A DNA stretch of 64,000 bases. Origin: a virus. Position 1 is the first letter of the stretch. Every line of letters begins with the position of its first letter. Of the stretch, positions 46,287 to 55,267 are shown piece after piece. The notes below the pieces were generated by a model. That model was not told the origin of the DNA, did not search any database, and saw only the letters and a list, made by a program, of their open reading frames with translations. The translations under genes and the position numbers were made by a program. The stretch lies in IMG/VR virus record IMGVR_UViG_3300036790_000408, positions 32,001 to 96,000 of that record; one strand, written 5' to 3'.

Positions 46287-47851
46287 AGGAGGCGCGTTAT
46301 GATCGGATCGGCGGGGCGCGCAAAGGCGAGAACCAAACTATCCCCACGGTCAGGGCTGCGGCCGATACGTTCGATCAAGTCCTCCTTGTCCTCTACCTGC
46401 AGACCATTCGTTTTGTAGGTGTACCGCGGCGCGGTGAGGTCGTTGAGCAACTGGCGGTCGGGCGGAATGGCGAGGTCATCACCAAGATTGGGATCAAGAG
46501 CTTCTCGCAGTTTCCACCACCACTCAGTCTTCTTGCGGGTGAACCCAAGCTGTCCGCTCGAGTCCCTGGCAAAACTACTTTGCCTGGCATCCATCGCGTA
46601 GGCTTTGAGGCCAGAGGCTTTGGCCAAGTCATAGACGCTGGCGCCAATATTGATGACATCGATGTTGATCGAGGGCCGCTCGCCGGACGGGATCGCACCA
46701 GCGATCAGCTCCAGCACCCTGAAACCATCCGGCGTTTCGGTGCCGGGAAAGGTCATCTGCTCGTCAAACCAAGGTCCGTAACGGGCCGTAATTACGGTAT
46801 AGTCCTTGCCGCCGCGCGCCACGTCAACGCCGAGCGAGTCCATCCTGATCCGGGGATCGAGGTCTTCCTTCGGCTTCCAGCGCGCCTGTGCCTGCAACAC
46901 CCACTCAGTCGGAATGATCTGCCGCGGATGATCTTCGTGACCGACCAGGAAGTCGCCATGAAGCATCTGGCTTCGCAGCGGCTCCGGCATCGCCTGGAGC
47001 ACCGACATGTACCCGCTCTGCATGTAGACCGGATTGTCGGTCAGGCGAGCGCGAATGAATGTTCGGCTAAGCGGTTGAACCGGGTAAGGCTCGCCAGGGA
47101 CATAGATCAGCCCAGGGCCATCGACCTCGGTATCGATCATCCTGCCGGTTTTCTTGTCCTTGATCTGCGCGAACCAACGAAGTTCACCGTCAGCAGCAGG
47201 ACGAGAATGTTTCGGATCCAGCCAAGGTGACCAGAACGCGGTCACCCAGTAGCCCTCTTGGTTTGTCGGCGGGTTGCCAGTGGCCACCACGCGAGACCGC
47301 TGACCCCTTACGTCAGAGCGGTTCCAGCCCATCAAGAACCGGAACTGGCTCTCGTGAAAATGGGTGATCTCGTCGAAGCCCTTCAGGTCATGTGGGCGAC
47401 CCTGGTAGGCTTGTTCATCGCCGAGGATCTGGCAGGCGCCAAACTCTACCCGGCGCCGCTTCTCGCCAACCTTGAGCCGCCAGATTTCCTTTTGGCCATT
47501 GAAGGTGCCGAACGGCAGATAGAGCGTTTCCGCGCGCTCCCGGAGACCCTGTAGCTGCTTGAACGATCGTCTAAAAATAATAGACGAAGAATGTTCCGTG
47601 CCACTGAGTCCAAGAAGGAGATCGCTCTTGCCTCCGCCGGCTGCGCCGCCGAAGAATAGGATATCAGCCTTGCTCTCCATTGCCCGCGTCTGAGGGCCCG
47701 GGAACGGGGTCCAGATCAACGGCTCCGCTGATTTCGAGCGGCGCTCCATTTCGACCGACACCTCGGCCAAGAGCGTTTCCCTCTGTGAGGGATCTAAAGA
47801 CCGCAGCGAGCGCAGTATCGTCGAGGTTTCTGATTGTGATTGGCTCACCAT
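46283..47851 (-). CDS. terL: Terminase large subunit
   Basis: FGGAAGGGKS Walker A, GFDEITHF Walker B, GVDVARGGKD and PDRGDS nuclease motifs; alternative start ATG 47749 with GAGGTG RBS. Confidence 0.95.
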   Translation of the reverse strand: MVSQSQSETSTILRSLRSLDPSQRETLLAEVSVEMERRSKSAEPLIWTPFPGPQTRAMESKADILFFGGAAGGGKSDLLLGLSGTEHSSSIIFRRSFKQLQGLRERAETLYLPFGTFNGQKEIWRLKVGEKRRRVEFGACQILGDEQAYQGRPHDLKGFDEITHFHESQFRFLMGWNRSDVRGQRSRVVATGNPPTNQEGYWVTAFWSPWLDPKHSRPAADGELRWFAQIKDKKTGRMIDTEVDGPGLIYVPGEPYPVQPLSRTFIRARLTDNPVYMQSGYMSVLQAMPEPLRSQMLHGDFLVGHEDHPRQIIPTEWVLQAQARWKPKEDLDPRIRMDSLGVDVARGGKDYTVITARYGPWFDEQMTFPGTETPDGFRVLELIAGAIPSGERPSINIDVINIGASVYDLAKASGLKAYAMDARQSSFARDSSGQLGFTRKKTEWWWKLREALDPNLGDDLAIPPDRQLLNDLTAPRYTYKTNGLQVEDKEDLIERIGRSPDRGDSLVLAFARPADPIITRLL

Positions 47852-48194
47852 TCTTACCCGTCAGTTCTTTGCGGGTAACTTCCTGCCAACCACCGAATTG
47901 CCGGAGCCATGCGAGCATCGCACGCATATCGCCGCCCATCGCGGCATTGACCAATCGAAGCGACACCGCGGCATAGACGTAGTCTTGGCCCATCGCTAGC
48001 TCGCTGCTGAACTGCTCCTGCAGCACGTCCTCGGTAATTCCCAGCATGTGAGCCATGGCCGGGATGGTCGCCTTGGTCGACGACATCATCCGAACTTGCA
48101 TAGCCCGCTTGCGGGCGAGTTCGGCGTCCTCTGGCGGCGGCCGGATCTTCTTTGGCCTGCCTCTGGGTCGACCGGTTACTTCACTGCGCGCCAT
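47664..48194 (-). CDS. terS: Terminase small subunit
   Basis: GRPRGRP N-terminus, HTH-like core, ELTGKNGEPI C-terminal motif; upstream of TerL. Confidence 0.75.
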   Translation of the reverse strand: MARSEVTGRPRGRPKKIRPPPEDAELARKRAMQVRMMSSTKATIPAMAHMLGITEDVLQEQFSSELAMGQDYVYAAVSLRLVNAAMGGDMRAMLAWLRQFGGWQEVTRKELTGKNGEPITIRNLDDTALAAVFRSLTEGNALGRGVGRNGAPLEISGAVDLDPVPGPSDAGNGEQG

Positions 48195-48823
48195 TGGCGA
48201 TATTCAGCCGCAGCCTCGACGCATTGACGAAAAATAGTGGACTCGGCGGTCGGCGCGGGACGCAGCCAGACCGGCTTATTCAAACCACCGAACATCGCCT
48301 TAGCCCTGCGAATGTCAGCGCTGTCCCGAATGGAAACCAGGATCTCGTCGGCCCGCTTGATCGTGTCGGGATGGATGCCAGCCCAGTCGCTCATGGTGTT
48401 GGCGCGCAGGGTGGTCCAGGATCCCTCGACGTCGGTTCTCACATGGCCAGTGGTGTCGATCTGCACTCGACAGCCGCCGGTGATCAGATCGCGCACCAGC
48501 ATGGTGAGGTCGTGACTGGCGGGCTCCGGACCGTGGATCACGATATGATAGCGGTGGTGAGTAAGAGCGAGTTTGGCCAACGTGCTTGGCCCAACATATG
48601 AAAACTCAGGGCCGTGGAATTTCTTTCCCAGCATCTTGTTGAGGCTGATTTCGTTCGACGGATCGTACTCCCAATCCGCGATCGGCTGGAGGGGTCCGTC
48701 TTTCCCGGTCGGTACATCGATCTCAGGGTTTTGCATCAGCCGGATCATTAGCGCCGGCACACCAGCCCATTGACCATCTGGCTGGATATTGAAGGTGACT
48801 GAGTTGACCGGCAGGGAACTCAT
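48176..48823 (-). CDS. QueE-like (radical-SAM fold) protein lacking CxxxCxxC
   Basis: Start moved to ATG 48823; colinear with QueE motifs (IQ.DG..AGVPALMIRL, HIVI.G.EP..HDL, QIDTTG, RADEI) but no Cys triad. Confidence 0.75.
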   Translation of the reverse strand: MSSLPVNSVTFNIQPDGQWAGVPALMIRLMQNPEIDVPTGKDGPLQPIADWEYDPSNEISLNKMLGKKFHGPEFSYVGPSTLAKLALTHHRYHIVIHGPEPASHDLTMLVRDLITGGCRVQIDTTGHVRTDVEGSWTTLRANTMSDWAGIHPDTIKRADEILVSIRDSADIRRAKAMFGGLNKPVWLRPAPTAESTIFRQCVEAAAEYRQWRAVK

Positions 48824-50118
48824 GCCGCGACGTCGCTGGTGGGTCGATCGAGCAGGAGCTCCTGGTAGGTCTTGCCGGTCTCCTCGTTGACCGCCTGTTC
48901 GCCGGTGAAATCCTGCCAACGCTGGATGCTGACGTCGATCATCGCCGGGGAGATATCGATCCCGACACAGGTTCGTTGGGTCAGTTCGCAGGCCATCAAG
49001 GTCGTGCCACTGCCGATGAAGGGATCGTAGACAACTTGCCCCTCGCTGGTGTTGTTCTCGATCGGCCGCAGCATGCATTCGACTGGCTTCTGGGTGGCTG
49101 AGCCGGTCTCATTCGACGCCTGCTTTTCGATAGTCCAGAGCGTCGTCTGCTTGGTGCCGCCGTTCCAATTGGCCGTCTTGTTTTTCCGCACCGCATAAAA
49201 ACAAGGCTCATGCTGCATGTGATACTGGCGCCCTGGGCTGACGACGAATTTTGTCTTTGCCCAAATGATCTGCTGGCGAACTTCAAACCCAGCATCCTGC
49301 AACGCGAGTTGCGCCGTCATCGGGTCTCTCGCGGCGTGCCAAAGGTAAGTGATGTCGCCGGTGAATAGCTTGATGGCCGGTTGCCAGTTGGCGATCTCTT
49401 CATCCGCGGCCGGAACACCCTCAATCGCCCTATTCTTGCCGGTGGAGAGGCGCTTGCCATTGGCTCGTTTGGCCCTAGCACGCTTGGTCGGGTCGTATTC
49501 AATGAACGGTGGGGCAGTGACCATAAGGGTCGGCGATATGCCGTTCATCGCGATGTTGGCGGTATCGAACTGGGTGCTGTCGCCGCACACCAGGCGATGC
49601 TTGTTCAGGATCCACACGTCACCGAGTTTGGAGACGGGATCGACTGGGGCTGTTGGGGTGTCGTCCGGATCGGCTTCGTCGTTCTCGGTCGAGCCGTCGG
49701 CTACGTCGGTGTAGAATTCGATCTCTTCCGGGTCGAAACCAGTAAATTCTAAGTCGTAATTCATCCCGTCGAGGTCAAGCAGCTCTAGAGTGACCAGACC
49801 TTTATCCCACTCTGCCCATGTTGCTGACCGATTAGCTAGTAATCGAAACGCTTTTACTTGAGCTTCCGACAATCCGTCAGCCAAGGCTACCGGCAATACT
49901 GTCAGACCAAGCTTTTTGGCCGCGTGCAGTCGGAGGTGGCCGTCGATCACCAGTCCAGTTGAGAGCGCCACGAGCGGAATTCTGAAACCGAACTCCTGGA
50001 TGGCCGCCACCATCTTGTCAAGTTTATCGGCGTTCTTCCTGGGATTTCTACCGTACTCGATGAAGCGATCGATCGGCCAGTGCTCAACCTTGAGCTGAAC
50101 CGATCCCTCAGATGCCAT
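48820..50118 (-). CDS. ParB-N-terminal + DNA amino-methyltransferase-like fusion
   Basis: YGRNPRK...IQEFGFRIP...IDGHLRL.AA; QKPVECM.R.I.N, VYDPFIGSGTT; motif IV reads TAPPF. Confidence 0.85.
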   Translation of the reverse strand: MASEGSVQLKVEHWPIDRFIEYGRNPRKNADKLDKMVAAIQEFGFRIPLVALSTGLVIDGHLRLHAAKKLGLTVLPVALADGLSEAQVKAFRLLANRSATWAEWDKGLVTLELLDLDGMNYDLEFTGFDPEEIEFYTDVADGSTENDEADPDDTPTAPVDPVSKLGDVWILNKHRLVCGDSTQFDTANIAMNGISPTLMVTAPPFIEYDPTKRARAKRANGKRLSTGKNRAIEGVPAADEEIANWQPAIKLFTGDITYLWHAARDPMTAQLALQDAGFEVRQQIIWAKTKFVVSPGRQYHMQHEPCFYAVRKNKTANWNGGTKQTTLWTIEKQASNETGSATQKPVECMLRPIENNTSEGQVVYDPFIGSGTTLMACELTQRTCVGIDISPAMIDVSIQRWQDFTGEQAVNEETGKTYQELLLDRPTSDVAA

Positions 50119-50325
50119 ACATGGGATGTCCGGAATGGAGGCGTGAAGCGTCTCAGCCCCACCTCTGGGGAACATAGTTCTTTTTATGATGCTGGGGTGA
50201 AAGCGTCGTCAAGCATTTGTTCGTGCGGGAAAGTTCACATCGGCCCAAGCGCCACGACAAATATGTCACATAGACGCCCAAACATGCATGGATAATTATT
50301 GGGCATATCAATGTGTTGGAAGCTT

Positions 50326-50357
50326 TCCGCGCACCAGCTTTTCACTTCGTGCGCGGA
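50326..50357. promoter_or_regulatory. 9-bp inverted repeat upstream of the phage late operon
   Basis: TCCGCGCAC-14 nt-GTGCGCGGA within an AT-rich intergenic region. Confidence 0.35.
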
Positions 50358-50421
50358 TCATGGTGTGGGTGAAATATTTTATTTTGGGCAACCCAGGGAA
50401 AGCGAATCGGGTACGCGCATA

Positions 50422-50958
50422 TCAGGCCGCTTTTCGACGTTGGATAGTGCGCACGGAAACTCCATGCGCCGCGGCGATCTCCTTGTCACTCCAACCTTCC
50501 ACCAGATCGACCACCAACGCCTTGCGCCCCGTGTATTTCCCGGCCCGCCGAGCTACGGCGATCCCCTCCTTCTGGCGCTCCAGCATGATCTCCCGCTCCC
50601 AGGTGGCCACGCCGGCCAGGATGGTAAGCATCAGCTTCGAGGTCGGGTTGCGGGTATCGAGGCGCTCGCCGCCCATGGACAGGATCAACAGCCCGACGCC
50701 GCGCTTGGACAGGTCAGCCTCGATGGTCAGGAGTTCGGCCGTCGACCTAGCCAACCGATCAGGCTTGGTGACGGCCAGGGTATCACCGGCCTCCAGTGAG
50801 GCTAGGGCGGCGATGAGTTTGTCGCGCTCCACCATGGAAGAGACCTGCTCTGAAAATATTAGATGGCAGCCTAGCGCCTTAAGGTCTCGCTCCTGGGCTT
50901 CAAGTCCAGCGACCTGCTCGACGGTAGAGGTGCGTGCGTAGCCTACGATCTTGGTCAT
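50422..50958 (-). CDS. Small serine recombinase (resolvase/invertase) with C-terminal HTH
   Basis: VGYARTST..Q, GDTL.VTKPDRLARS, ERQKEGI..AR..G.Y.GRK. Confidence 0.95.
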   Translation of the reverse strand: MTKIVGYARTSTVEQVAGLEAQERDLKALGCHLIFSEQVSSMVERDKLIAALASLEAGDTLAVTKPDRLARSTAELLTIEADLSKRGVGLLILSMGGERLDTRNPTSKLMLTILAGVATWEREIMLERQKEGIAVARRAGKYTGRKALVVDLVEGWSDKEIAAAHGVSVRTIQRRKAA

Positions 50959-51019
50959 ATCAACCATCCCCATTATGGTGGGGAGTTTTTACCACCCATA
51001 AAAGGCTCGTTCAAGAAAA

Positions 51020-51223
51020 TTATGACGGACGTCGGCGTCTCCGATTCTCTTTCGAGTCTCCCTCTCGAAGCAAGGTACGCAGCCCTGACCTGACCACCCA
51101 TTCCAATGCTGAGGTCTGCGTCTTCATCCGCTTGAGATGCTGAATATCGATGATGGCATCCCATAACTCCTCGGGTAGCGAGACGGACTTCCTGGTCAAC
51201 CTAGAGCCCTCGCCATCACCCAT
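51020..51223 (-). CDS. Ribbon-helix-helix (CopG-like) regulator
   Basis: RKSVSLPEELWDAI...SALEWVVR; ATG 51223 preceded by AAGGA; divergent from virB1. Confidence 0.6.
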   Translation of the reverse strand: MGDGEGSRLTRKSVSLPEELWDAIIDIQHLKRMKTQTSALEWVVRSGLRTLLREGDSKENRRRRRPS

Positions 51224-51266
51224 GTTTATTTTTCCTTGACGCTGACGCCCGGCGAGTTCTAGGAAT

Positions 51267-51300
51267 TGGTGCATCTGGTTCATATGGTGCATCTGGTTCA
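51267..51300. repeat. Two 16-bp direct repeats (18-bp period)
   Basis: TGGTGCATCTGGTTCA at 51267-51282 and 51285-51300. Confidence 0.8.
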
Positions 51301-51340
51301 CTCAGCAACAGCATAGGCATACCCTCTAATGTTTCGCAAT

Positions 51341-51367
51341 AGTTTTATAAGAGGAGTCTATAAAACT
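51341..51367. promoter_or_regulatory. Perfect 9-bp inverted repeat (candidate operator)
   Basis: AGTTTTATA-9 nt-TATAAAACT between the RHH gene and virB1. Confidence 0.55.
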
Positions 51368-51496
51368 GGACTCGGTTACAAAGGTCAAGTGAAAGATCGT
51401 AGCGCCGTGTTTTTGATGATGTTTTCACACCAGCCTGACGCGAAACGGAAACCGCCTGTTGCATAGACGAAAACAGAGATCGGCTTAGGGGGTCAA

Positions 51497-52126
51497 ATGG
51501 CCGTAATGACTTTGGCTGCGGTGTTGAGTTTGGCTGGAACACCAGCGTGTTCCGTCGAGGGGATGGTTCCATCCTTCTGGCCGCGCGTCGTCACCCAAGA
51601 GTCCGGCTATGATCCACTTGCCCTGCATGACGACACCACCAGCACTCCGTATCATCCGGCAACAATCGACGAAGCCGAAACTACCGCTCGTAGACTGTTG
51701 TCGATGGGTCACAGTGTTGGAGTTGGGCTGTCGCAACTGACAGCTAAATCTGAAGACCGCTTCTACATGAAATTCCATATGACGGTGCGGCAAGCGCTTG
51801 ATCCGTGCTCGAACATGCACGCTGGAGCGCAGCTTTACGTCAGCGGCGCCCTATCGATCTACAACTCGGGAGATCCCACCAGATCGCTGCCCTACGCCGC
51901 CTCGGTGCAGCGCATCAGGCTGGATGAAACACCGGTGGCACCACAGCCACCAGAAGCGACGGCTGACGATCCCAAGGATCCAAGGCCACCCGCCTGGAAT
52001 GCCGACGCGCTCTACGACTGGAACCGGCGCCACAACATTCCAGAATTCACCGACCCAGGATCAGCACAGCGACGTGCCACGCCTGTGGTTATCGAACGCC
52101 TTCCTTCTGGAAAGGACGCACAATGA
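51497..52126 (+). CDS. virB1: T4SS lytic transglycosylase
   Basis: ESGYDPLAL, VGVGLSQL, LDPCSNM.AGA, ALSIYNSG. Confidence 0.9.
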   Translation: MAVMTLAAVLSLAGTPACSVEGMVPSFWPRVVTQESGYDPLALHDDTTSTPYHPATIDEAETTARRLLSMGHSVGVGLSQLTAKSEDRFYMKFHMTVRQALDPCSNMHAGAQLYVSGALSIYNSGDPTRSLPYAASVQRIRLDETPVAPQPPEATADDPKDPRPPAWNADALYDWNRRHNIPEFTDPGSAQRRATPVVIERLPSGKDAQ

Positions 52127-52440
52127 CTTGGATTTGGCTACAACGACTGCCACGGCCGGCCGTGGCTTGGGCTATGCTCTTCGTCACTCTGCTGCTTTAC
52201 GGGACCACGCCAGCACTCGCACAATTTGTGGGCGCCGGCGTCACTGGGACCGGCGGCGGCCTGATCGCCCAGCTCATCTCATACATCAACACCAATTTTG
52301 CCAGTGGCTTGATTGAGGCGAGTGTGATGTTGGCGGGCGGTATGATGATGTTCCAGCGGCACACCATGGCCGGCTTGGCCACGATGGCTTGTGGAGCATT
52401 GGTGGTCACCAACTCCGCGGCTATTGGAGCATTGATCTAA
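52123..52440 (+). CDS. virB2: T4SS major pilin
   Basis: Signal peptide ending ALA-Q, two hydrophobic helices; position. Confidence 0.8.
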   Translation: MTWIWLQRLPRPAVAWAMLFVTLLLYGTTPALAQFVGAGVTGTGGGLIAQLISYINTNFASGLIEASVMLAGGMMMFQRHTMAGLATMACGALVVTNSAAIGALI

Positions 52441-52797
52441 ATGGAACTGGACGACGAGCCGCCACTCGAAACGGCTGTGCTTCATGTGGCGGCTTGCCGT
52501 CCGGCCATGATCTACGGTGTTCCATGGGTCATGATCGTGCCGGTGGCAGTTATATGCTTGGAAATCGAAATGGTTTTCGGCATCAAGTTGGCAGCCCTGA
52601 TCGACATACCGCTGGTCATCATCGCCTTTGCGACGGTGCTCTACGACTACAACGCTCCTGGAGTTTGGATGGTCTGGGCGCGCACCATCATGATCATCCT
52701 AGATGATCGCAAGTACGGCGGCGCATCAGTCGCCGCTCACCCAATCAAATCAGAACCGACTATGCCTAGGGGGATACCGTCCGATGCTTGGCGATAG
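52441..52797 (+). CDS. virB3: T4SS inner-membrane protein
   Basis: LHVAACRPAMIYGVP, TM segments, YDYNAP. Confidence 0.9.
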   Translation: MELDDEPPLETAVLHVAACRPAMIYGVPWVMIVPVAVICLEIEMVFGIKLAALIDIPLVIIAFATVLYDYNAPGVWMVWARTIMIILDDRKYGGASVAAHPIKSEPTMPRGIPSDAWR

Positions 52798-55267
52798 AGG
52801 TACATTCGAAAGCGCCCCTGACGACCTGCTGCCGTACTGGCAGCACATCAGCCCCGGCGTCGTGGCTCTGACCGACGCTACCCTCCTAGCCCAAGTGGTC
52901 ATGCCTGGCCTGCCGTTCGAACTGGAGTCGAATATCGAGCGAAACGCGCGACCCGCCTATTTCAACTCCCTCCTGCAGATGATCTCGGATGACAACGTCA
53001 CCATCCACATCAATTTCGTACACTCTGAAGTCGAGCCTAAGCTGGTCGAGCAGGACAATTTTCAGACCTCGTTCTCACGGGATGTGTACCGCAAATACGA
53101 ACGCATGACCTTCGGTGACAGGGTCATGGAGAACACCTGGATCATATCCATCCTGGTGCATCCGCGCATCCCGTTCGAGGGCGCGCTGACACGCCTCAAG
53201 CGCAAATGGATCTCGCCGCAGATCGGCATCAGCGAAGAGAGCGAGCGCCAAATCGAAGACGTCATGCAAAACCTGCAGATATGGCTCAATCGATATGGCG
53301 CGCGCCGACTTGGGTATCGCTACGGCGAGGGCCAGTACGAGGGCTGGATTTACACCGAGATCGGCGAAGCGCTGGCGCTGATCCTGACCTGCAAACACCG
53401 GATAATCCCACTGACCAGCGGGATGCTGGGTGGCTGCGTCTACATTGATCCGGTTGTGTTTCGCGGTTGGCTGGGGCGGCACACCTTCGCGGTGGATCAG
53501 CCGTCAGGCATCCACCGCGGAATGATATTCAGCTACAAGGATTACCCCACGAAGACCTTGCCAGGCATGTTCAACGGCTTGGTCGGTCTCGATTTCCCTG
53601 TCGTGATGACGCACAAAGGCCGGTTCCTGAACCGGATCTCGGCCGCCGCAAAGACGCAGTTGAAAGAGACGCAGATGTTGAACGCCAAAGATAAGGCGGT
53701 CTCACTGCTGGAAGGTCTCATCAAACTGCAAGACCAGATCGCCTCAAATGAGGTGGTCATGCTGACGCACCATTTCTCCCTAGCCGTCTATGGTGATCAT
53801 CGCACCTTGCCGTATCGAGCGACCCAGGTCAGCAACATCATCGCCAAGGGTGGCTCCGTGCTAGTGCGAGAGACGCGCGGCTTGATGGGGGCGTATTTTA
53901 CCCAGGTTCCCGGCGCCGACAAGATGTATATCACGCGCCCCGGCGCGGTGAGCAGCCAGAACATAGCGCGCATGTGCTCGCTGGAGGGATACCCGAAGGG
54001 AGCGGAGGAAGGCTACTGGGGCGATCCGACGATCCAGTTCAAGACCAATGGCGGCACAGTATACGACTGGCATGTCCATGTCGGAGAGGTTGGCCACACA
54101 GCCGTCTGGGGGCATACCGGCCTCGGTAAGTCGCTGTTCATAGACTTCATCGCCTGCGCCCTGCAGCGCACCATGAGTGCCACGGACACCTTGGTGATGT
54201 TCGACAAGGATATGGGGATGGCGATCACTGTGCTGGCCAATGGCGGCGAGTACGTTTGCCTACGCCGTGGCACGGCCAGCGGCTCCGCCCCACTCCGAGT
54301 CTATGACGATGAGCCACGCAACGTGGCGCACGTCGCTGCCTTGTTCAAGCGTCTCATCCTGCTGGACAACCGCGGCGAGATTGAGCCATGGGAGGAGGAC
54401 ATGCTGCACCGCGGCGTGGGCCGACAGCTCAAGCTTCCCGTGCATCTTAGGTCCATGTTGGCCGTCAAGGCATTCCTTGGCATCAGTCCGACTGGCGCCG
54501 GCGCGCGTTTCGCTAAGTGGTGCCGCGGCGGCGTCTACGGCTGGTTGTTCGACAATGACGAAGACCATATCACGGTTGGCCACGATACCCGCCTGTTGGG
54601 CGTCGACTTCACCGATCTTCTACCCAGTGAGGAGCGTCCAGATGACGGCTGTGCCGGAGCCATGGCGGCCGATCTGATGTTCCGGCTGAAGAATATCATG
54701 GATGGCCGCAGGTTCGTTGTGATGATCGATGAGTGCCGGTACTACGCCGACACCATCGCTGGCATCATGGAGGATTTCGCTCTCACCGGCCGCAAGAAGG
54801 AGTTGGTCCTGTTTCTGGCCGCGCAGCAGCCAGGGCACCTCCTGGAACGTCCGATGGGTCGATCGATCCTGGCGCAGGTCCAGACCGATTTCGCGCTGCC
54901 GGACACCAAGGCTGAGTGGAAGGATTACGGCAAGGAGGGGCGGGGCTACACCCCGGCCGAGTTCCGCTTCGTCAAGGCTCGTCGATCTGACACTGCCAAC
55001 GTCAATGCCGAGACCCGCGGCAAGCGTCAGGTGATGATCCGCCGCGACGGCGAGTCCGTCGTGGTACAGTTCGACTTGACCGGCATGGAAGATGAGATCG
55101 CCATCCTCTCGGGCCGTCCGGACACCTCCGCGCTGATGATGCATATCGTCGATGAATTGGGGCCTGACGCTCCGACAGATGACGTTGTCGCTGAGTTCAA
55201 AAAGCGCTGGAGGTCGGTGAAGCGCATCGCCCGCAAGGCCAAGGAAATCGAGGAGGAGTTGGTATGA
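52784..55267 (+). CDS. virB4: T4SS ATPase
   Basis: GHTAVWGHTGLGKS Walker A, FVVMIDECRYY Walker B, FDKDMG; start moved to ATG 52784. Confidence 0.95.
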   Translation: MLGDRGTFESAPDDLLPYWQHISPGVVALTDATLLAQVVMPGLPFELESNIERNARPAYFNSLLQMISDDNVTIHINFVHSEVEPKLVEQDNFQTSFSRDVYRKYERMTFGDRVMENTWIISILVHPRIPFEGALTRLKRKWISPQIGISEESERQIEDVMQNLQIWLNRYGARRLGYRYGEGQYEGWIYTEIGEALALILTCKHRIIPLTSGMLGGCVYIDPVVFRGWLGRHTFAVDQPSGIHRGMIFSYKDYPTKTLPGMFNGLVGLDFPVVMTHKGRFLNRISAAAKTQLKETQMLNAKDKAVSLLEGLIKLQDQIASNEVVMLTHHFSLAVYGDHRTLPYRATQVSNIIAKGGSVLVRETRGLMGAYFTQVPGADKMYITRPGAVSSQNIARMCSLEGYPKGAEEGYWGDPTIQFKTNGGTVYDWHVHVGEVGHTAVWGHTGLGKSLFIDFIACALQRTMSATDTLVMFDKDMGMAITVLANGGEYVCLRRGTASGSAPLRVYDDEPRNVAHVAALFKRLILLDNRGEIEPWEEDMLHRGVGRQLKLPVHLRSMLAVKAFLGISPTGAGARFAKWCRGGVYGWLFDNDEDHITVGHDTRLLGVDFTDLLPSEERPDDGCAGAMAADLMFRLKNIMDGRRFVVMIDECRYYADTIAGIMEDFALTGRKKELVLFLAAQQPGHLLERPMGRSILAQVQTDFALPDTKAEWKDYGKEGRGYTPAEFRFVKARRSDTANVNAETRGKRQVMIRRDGESVVVQFDLTGMEDEIAILSGRPDTSALMMHIVDELGPDAPTDDVVAEFKKRWRSVKRIARKAKEIEEELV

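Larger units (their letters stand above)
1..50118 (-). mobile_element. Myovirus-type (pro)phage packaging, head and tail region
   Basis: Contiguous co-oriented terminase-portal-capsid-sheath-baseplate-fibre genes. Confidence 0.9.

Noticed and set aside
813-47230. Long plus-strand ORFs opposite phage genes (e.g. 813-1490, 8967-9614, 17682-18512, 40142-41038, 46274-47230)
   Set aside because: Antisense shadows typical of GC-rich coding DNA; no recognisable motifs
46283-47851. Intein in TerL
   Set aside because: Normal length; no splice-junction or LAGLIDADG motifs
48176-48823. Functional 7-deazaguanine DNA modification pathway
   Set aside because: Only a Cys-less QueE-like gene; no folE, queD, queC or dpdA in the window
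48820-50118. ParB as evidence of a plasmid partition system
   Set aside because: It is the common ParB-N/methylase fusion found upstream of phage terminases; no parA nearby
50422-50958. Tail-fibre shufflon driven by the serine recombinase
   Set aside because: About 38 kb from the fibre gene; no inverted fibre cassettes or flanking inverted repeats seen
51267-51300. CRISPR array or iteron origin
   Set aside because: Only two copies with a 2-bp gap; no cas or rep gene in view
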